A DNA stretch of 63,527 nt, the filler included, from Theionarchaea archaeon (GTDB taxonomy: Archaea > Methanobacteriota_B > Thermococci > Methanofastidiosales > SZ-28-30): the NCBI GenBank assembly GCA_018992565.1. It is 5 parts of 5 records of this genome, joined end to end, with 100 filler letters (N's around TTAATTAATTAA, not from the genome) between each part and the next. Parts side by side here need not be neighbours in the genome. Positions count along the whole stretch, not along the records: positions 58,887 to 63,527 come from JACVGW010000132.1; 4 more parts are not named here. One strand, given 5' to 3'. How positions within the stretch are numbered: the first letter of the stretch is position 1; every line of letters starts with the position of its first letter. Below the pieces are notes generated by a model. It was not told the DNA's origin. It saw only the letters and a program-made list of their open reading frames with translations, and did not search any database. Both the position numbers and the translations under genes were made by a program. Below, one piece after another: positions 58,990-63,527 of this stretch.

Positions 58990-60087
58990 TCATGGAATGA
59001 TCTCCGGACCAAAATACTTCTCATGTGCGAAATCTTCCTTTCTGACTTCTCCATGGAGTATCATTTTCTCAATTGCAGGTACTGCGTCCTTCAACTCTTT
59101 TACGAGGTGAAAAACCGTCTTGCAGATCAGTTCATTCCCTCTCTTGGGCCACAAATTAGCCTTATTCCAGTATAGGCACCTCCCACCACAAATTCCTCTC
59201 ATTGTACATTCCAGACATCTGCCAGAAACATCAAACTTCTTCAAATCCTCCGGATGTGTCTCCAGGTCACCTGCAACAAAGTCTGTAATAAAGCTCCCGA
59301 TAGGACAGGCCACAATTCTCCCATCAGTGGTGATACAGTATCCTGCATGACCTGCTCCACACCTCAACCGTGTGGTTTCTCTATGAAGCAACGAAGAAAC
59401 AATACCTACAAAGGGATACAACCGCAGAACCGTACCTTTCTTGAGGGCTGTTACCCAGAATGCAACCAATCTCCCGATACTCCTATTATACTCTTCTACA
59501 AACCTCCCAAACCGTTCCTCATCAAAATCAAATCCATAAAATCCCGCATCCAATTGCCAGTGCACAGATTGAAATCCCTCCTTCACCAGAAAGGTGACCT
59601 GTTCAAAAATATCGGGGCAATCCTGTGCCACAGTCATTCTCGCAACAATCTCACCATGATACCAGGGCTGAATACTGCGAATATTCTTCATTACTCTCTC
59701 ATATACTGCCACACCTCTGTTATAATCAGTCCTTTCCTTGTCCCCGTCTAGAGAAACCAGAATCCTTCCAATCCTCTTCATGTACTCCTGGGGAACCTTG
59801 TCCAGGAGCAGCCCGTTTGTCTGCATCCTGTAGGGGACATCAATGCAGTCCATGATATCCATCATCTTCTTCAGTTCAAGGAGTGGCTCTCCTCCGTAGA
59901 ATATGATGACAGGATCACTATCCTTCTCCAAGAACCTTTTCAGGTTCTCAATGTCTGCAGAAAATACAGAGGGTGCTGAAAAGTCATATTCAAACCGTGA
60001 AGGAGTCTCACAGTCCAGTAATGATTTCTCATAGCAGTACCTGCATTCCAGGTTGCATTGATCTGTGAGCATCAGGTGATAGTGCAT
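58990..60087 (-). CDS. Radical SAM/SPASM protein (AF0577/TIGR04084-like, putative peptide-modifying)
   Basis: CNLECRYC, FYGGEPL, QTNG, VSLDG, CGAG...GRIVACP...CLEC...CGGRC, C-terminal FGPEIIP. Confidence 0.85.
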   Translation of the reverse strand: MHYHLMLTDQCNLECRYCYEKSLLDCETPSRFEYDFSAPSVFSADIENLKRFLEKDSDPVIIFYGGEPLLELKKMMDIMDCIDVPYRMQTNGLLLDKVPQEYMKRIGRILVSLDGDKERTDYNRGVAVYERVMKNIRSIQPWYHGEIVARMTVAQDCPDIFEQVTFLVKEGFQSVHWQLDAGFYGFDFDEERFGRFVEEYNRSIGRLVAFWVTALKKGTVLRLYPFVGIVSSLLHRETTRLRCGAGHAGYCITTDGRIVACPIGSFITDFVAGDLETHPEDLKKFDVSGRCLECTMRGICGGRCLYWNKANLWPKRGNELICKTVFHLVKELKDAVPAIEKMILHGEVRKEDFAHEKYFGPEIIP

Positions 60088-60283
60088 AGGTATTCCAGCT
60101 TTCCCGTACATTAAAATATGCCGATTCTTCCTCACAAGGGCCACCATCTGACCCATCTCCTCAACTACCTTCTTCGATGTTTACGTATGTAAAGGTTATG
60201 CTTTTAAAGGAATCTGATCAAGTTTAGCAGAGGTTGCTGTGGTAGAGGAAATCTGCCTGCAAAGACCTGAAAGAGGTGAATGA

Positions 60284-60580
60284 ATGATCAGAGCTGCAGT
60301 CATGGGAGTTGGGTACACAGATTCTCTATCTGTGACTCCCGGCATATCATGGAAGGACATCATGTACAGGGCAGCTTCTTCTGCGAGTAATGATTGCGGA
60401 GTCAATCCGCGTCGAGATGTTGCCAGGGCTACTGTCTTTGCTGGACCCTGTCTTTTGCAGCCAGTAATACCTGCATTCACTGACAGATTCAACGTGAACG
60501 TGATGCAGGTTACATCATTCTCAGAAGTGTGTACTTGTCCCAGCCACAGTGGCTTCGTTATCTATGATATGAGGAGGTAA
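60284..60580 (+). pseudogene. Short thiolase-like ORF (N-terminus only), probable internally deleted thiolase
   Basis: RAAVMGVGYT...TPGISWKDIMYRAA...GVNPRRDV resembles an archaeal thiolase N-terminus but the ORF is only 98 aa; SD GAGGTGA. Confidence 0.55.
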
Positions 60581-60584
60581 ATCT

Positions 60585-61865
60585 ATGAGCAAAGTAGCTG
60601 TAGTCGGCGGTGGCATATTCCGTGGAGACAGATTCAGATACGAGAACGCTGAGGAAGGGGTGGCAATTGCATTCCGTGACCTCTTGGATGACACACCGGA
60701 ACTGGACCCTCAAGACATTGATTTTGTCATGATGTCCTATTTCAGTGATCATTTGAATCAGCAGTTGTGCATGGGCTGGATTATCCAGGACTATATAGGA
60801 TTGCACAGAAAACCAGGATACAGAGTTGAATCTGGAGGAAGCACTCCCCTGGATGCCATTATCAATGCGTACTACCTGATAAAGTCAGGCTACTACGACC
60901 TGATACTCGTTCCTGGGTGGGAATGGATGTCCGAGGTTGATACTGCCACCACTAATGAATTTATTGCATCAGCTTCTGATACAGACTGGGATTTCACCGT
61001 TGGTGGGTACTACAACGGGTACTACGCGTGCCTGGAGACCAGGCACATGCAACTCTATGGTGAAACCATAGAAGACCTGGGGAGAATTGCAGTGAAGAAC
61101 CACAACAATGCAACACACAACCCCTACTCTCAGTGGAGAAGTGAGCATGGGACAGGGTATGTTACACTTGAAGACTACTACAATGACAGGATTGTGGCCT
61201 GGCCATACAGGAGGATGAACTGCGCTTTAATCTCTGAAGGTGCATGCTGTCTATTGCTGGCATCTGAGAAGGTAGCCAAGAAGTACAGTGACACTCCCAT
61301 GTGGTTTGAAGGAGTCGGGCTGGGAACTGATTCCATGCGACCGGGTGACAGGCTGGCTGACTGGGCGTACTACGGTATGTATCCTGAAGATGAGAAGATA
61401 TATCCCAGCACTGTCAAGAAACCTAAGACCCCCTATCCTGACATGGCAAACTTCGGCTCTCTAAGGGAAGGAGCTGTTACTGCTTACAAGGAGGCCAACA
61501 TCCAGAACCCTGCAAAGGAAATTGACCTGGCAGAAATATTCGCACCCTATGATGGTGTGGAACTGACCCTGTATGAGGACCTGAAGTTCTGCAAGCGAGG
61601 AGAAGGCAAGACCATGATCCGGGAAGGAATTGTGGAGCGGACTGGAGAGCTACCCTGTCAGGTAAGCGGTGGATTGACGTCGTTTGCTCATCCTGTGGGA
61701 GCAACTTCATTGATGCAGTCTCTGTTTCTGTACTGGCAGCTTGCGGGCAAAATTCCAGAGAAATTCGGTGACTCAACGCTGCAGATATCAGACGCTGAGA
61801 AAGCTCTTACCACAGGACATGGTGGTACCGGGTGTCAGGGCGGCGTCATTGTGTACTCGAGGTGA
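60585..61865 (+). CDS. Thiolase-domain protein (SCP2/archaeal type) lacking the canonical nucleophilic Cys
   Basis: KVAVVGGG, RVESGGST, IAVKNHNNATHNP, ISEGA, SGGL...HPVGAT. Confidence 0.88.
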   Translation: MSKVAVVGGGIFRGDRFRYENAEEGVAIAFRDLLDDTPELDPQDIDFVMMSYFSDHLNQQLCMGWIIQDYIGLHRKPGYRVESGGSTPLDAIINAYYLIKSGYYDLILVPGWEWMSEVDTATTNEFIASASDTDWDFTVGGYYNGYYACLETRHMQLYGETIEDLGRIAVKNHNNATHNPYSQWRSEHGTGYVTLEDYYNDRIVAWPYRRMNCALISEGACCLLLASEKVAKKYSDTPMWFEGVGLGTDSMRPGDRLADWAYYGMYPEDEKIYPSTVKKPKTPYPDMANFGSLREGAVTAYKEANIQNPAKEIDLAEIFAPYDGVELTLYEDLKFCKRGEGKTMIREGIVERTGELPCQVSGGLTSFAHPVGATSLMQSLFLYWQLAGKIPEKFGDSTLQISDAEKALTTGHGGTGCQGGVIVYSR

Positions 61866-61869
61866 TCAG

Positions 61870-62598
61870 ATGGCAGATGAAAAAATCAAAATAGTAAAAG
61901 ATGAATCCACCTCTATCTACAAGGAGTGGGAGACCTGGGCACGGAAAGGAAACTTCAGAGTCGAAGGGTACCAGTTTATTAAAGGACCCTGCGGCCCGGG
62001 TAAGATCGAGGACGCCAAGATGGGAGAATTCATGCTGGTTAATAGGCCCCATGGGGCGTTGTATACTCACTCGTACGGACTGGTCTCAAAATTCTTCAAA
62101 GGATTGATCGAGAAGACGCTGTACGGGACACGGTGCCCTGTCTGTGGTACCACGTACTGCCCCCCGAGAATGCACTGCTGGAACCCCACCTGCAAGGTTG
62201 CTGAGACAGAATGGGTGGAACTACCTCTGAAAGGTGAGGTTCATACCTTCTCTGTGATGCTGTTTTCAGCTGATGCCTTTCTGGAGATGCTACCATTTGT
62301 TCTGGCATATGTACAGATCGAAGGCAGTGATACCACGGTCCCCATGCAGGTCATTACTGCCCCTACTGAGGTTTTTGTAGGACAGAAAGTGGAAATCAAG
62401 TTCAGAGACAAAAGGATGGGCGAATTGATGGACATGTATGCTGTCCCCATAAAGGGGCAGAAAGTCCCCGAGGATTCTTGCCTCAATAACCCGGAATACT
62501 TGAAGGATATGGAAAGAGACCTGCAGGGCACGTATGCCTATCTTGAAAAACGGTTTGGCATGAAGAAGGAAGACATCGAAAAGAGATGGAAAAGATAA
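61870..62598 (+). CDS. Zn-ribbon/OB-fold protein (DUF35 family)
   Basis: YGTRCPVCGTTYCPPRMHC...C...EWVEL..KGEVHTFS...PFVLAYV; SD GAGGTGAT. Confidence 0.9.
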   Translation: MADEKIKIVKDESTSIYKEWETWARKGNFRVEGYQFIKGPCGPGKIEDAKMGEFMLVNRPHGALYTHSYGLVSKFFKGLIEKTLYGTRCPVCGTTYCPPRMHCWNPTCKVAETEWVELPLKGEVHTFSVMLFSADAFLEMLPFVLAYVQIEGSDTTVPMQVITAPTEVFVGQKVEIKFRDKRMGELMDMYAVPIKGQKVPEDSCLNNPEYLKDMERDLQGTYAYLEKRFGMKKEDIEKRWKR

Positions 62599-62679
62599 TA
62601 CCTCTTTTTTCTTTTTTGTTGTACTGTGCAGGACGAATTCTGAGAGAATATTTAAGAGGAATCACAACTAGAAGTAATA

Positions 62680-63009
62680 ATGATTGAACAGTACTCTTTT
62701 GGGCGAATACACATTGATGGGAAGGAATACACGTCAGATATTATGATTGTCAAGGGGAAGGTATACAGCTGGTGGAGAAAGCAGGGTCACATAGTGGCTC
62801 CTGAAGATCTGGATGTGATTGTGGAGGGATCCCCGGAGACACTCGTAGTGGGCACAGGGGCGTATGGAATAATGAACGTACCTGATAAGACAAAGGATTA
62901 CGTGAAGAGCAAAGGGATAGAGCTAATCGCTGAGAAGACAGGTGATGCTGTGACTCTTTTCAATAAACTGACTGGAGAAAAAGCAGCAGCCTTTCATCTT
63001 ACATGCTGA
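62680..63009 (+). CDS. Mth938-like (DUF498) domain protein
   Basis: IEQYSFGRIHIDGKEYTSD, WWRKQGH, VVGTG, FHLTC. Confidence 0.92.
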   Translation: MIEQYSFGRIHIDGKEYTSDIMIVKGKVYSWWRKQGHIVAPEDLDVIVEGSPETLVVGTGAYGIMNVPDKTKDYVKSKGIELIAEKTGDAVTLFNKLTGEKAAAFHLTC

Positions 63010-63197
63010 TTCATATGGGACTCCTCCCGTGATTTCTCACGTTTCCACCCCTAGAAATGGAGAGAAACCCATCACACAGTTGTCATGAACAGAGCAAAAA
63101 GATCATGTTCGTCCTGATGGTCGGGCATGGGTGACTATCTACAGGGAATATTGAAGAGGCGCAGAATAGGCAATCTCATGATGGTTATATTCCTTTC

Positions 63198-63527
63198 TCA
63201 GTCTATTTCGAAATATTTGGATAGTATCTTTTTTTCAGCCTTCCGTAGGTGTTCCAGGAAGGTTGTCCTTGACAGCTTCATCTGGGTTGACAATTCTTCC
63301 AGATTCACTTTCTTGGGAATCTCAAAATACCCTCGCTCAATCGCCAAGTTGACTGCCTTCAACTGCTGAGGGGTCAAATCTTCCAAATCAAACTGGAGGT
63401 TCACATTTCCAATACGTATAATCCTCCACTCTTCCAGGTGTTGCAGCACGGACTGCAGTTTCTTCTTAGTTTCAAAGATCAAGGTACATATCTGTCTCCC
63501 TTTCTGGAACTTGATAGGGTAGATGTA
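63198..63527 (-). CDS. HTH_10 (bacterio-opsin activator-type HTH) regulator, 5'-partial
   Basis: LTPQQLKAVNLAIERGYFEIPKKVNLEELS...TFLEHLRKAEKK; frame open to the window edge. Confidence 0.9.
   Translation of the reverse strand, partial: YIYPIKFQKGRQICTLIFETKKKLQSVLQHLEEWRIIRIGNVNLQFDLEDLTPQQLKAVNLAIERGYFEIPKKVNLEELSTQMKLSRTTFLEHLRKAEKKILSKYFEID

Noticed and set aside
1..63527. CRISPR arrays, rRNA, transposases, integrases, inteins
   Set aside because: None seen by eye; RpoB, RpoA' and Hel308 have normal lengths with no intein-sized insertions.

Overview
Archaeal genomic DNA, most likely a Thermococci-related lineage such as Theionarchaea. This is an inference from the unsplit rpoB, a Thermococcales-type insertion in uS7, and a Thermococcales/Methanococcales-type S-layer N-terminus. 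The window is not contiguous. Four 100-nt linkers (N44-TTAATTAATTAA-N44) join five contigs (1-24759, 24860-49093, 49194-53973, 54074-58786, 58887-63527), and a plain 100-N gap lies inside dppA. Contig 1 holds a B12/radical SAM gene, argS, a dpp/opp ABC operon, rpl21e-rpoF-DUF655, a KaiC-like ATPase/Lrp pair and a CoA-transferase-GNAT/ADP-forming acyl-CoA ligase/DRTGG operon. Contig 2 holds tRNA-Lys, the rpoH-B-A1-A2-L30e-nusA-S12-S7-EF2 operon, a sirtuin, a DUF2226-Roadblock fusion, Hel308, IscU and two CapK/PaaK-like ligases. It is bounded at both ends by outward-facing S-layer genes with about 95% identical 5' ends. The remaining contigs hold a metallophosphoesterase, two AttH/CrtC-like proteins, hutU, a methyltransferase, a nucleotidyltransferase, a radical SAM/SPASM protein and a degenerate thiolase-DUF35 cluster. 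The best leads are the inverted S-layer paralogues (possible surface-variation system), the DUF2226-Roadblock gene, the 'split Pat' acylation module, an unannotated CYCCCC peptide coupled to iscU, and the Cys-less thiolase/DUF35 pair. No CRISPR array, rRNA or transposase was seen. Family calls come from motif recognition only, not database searches.
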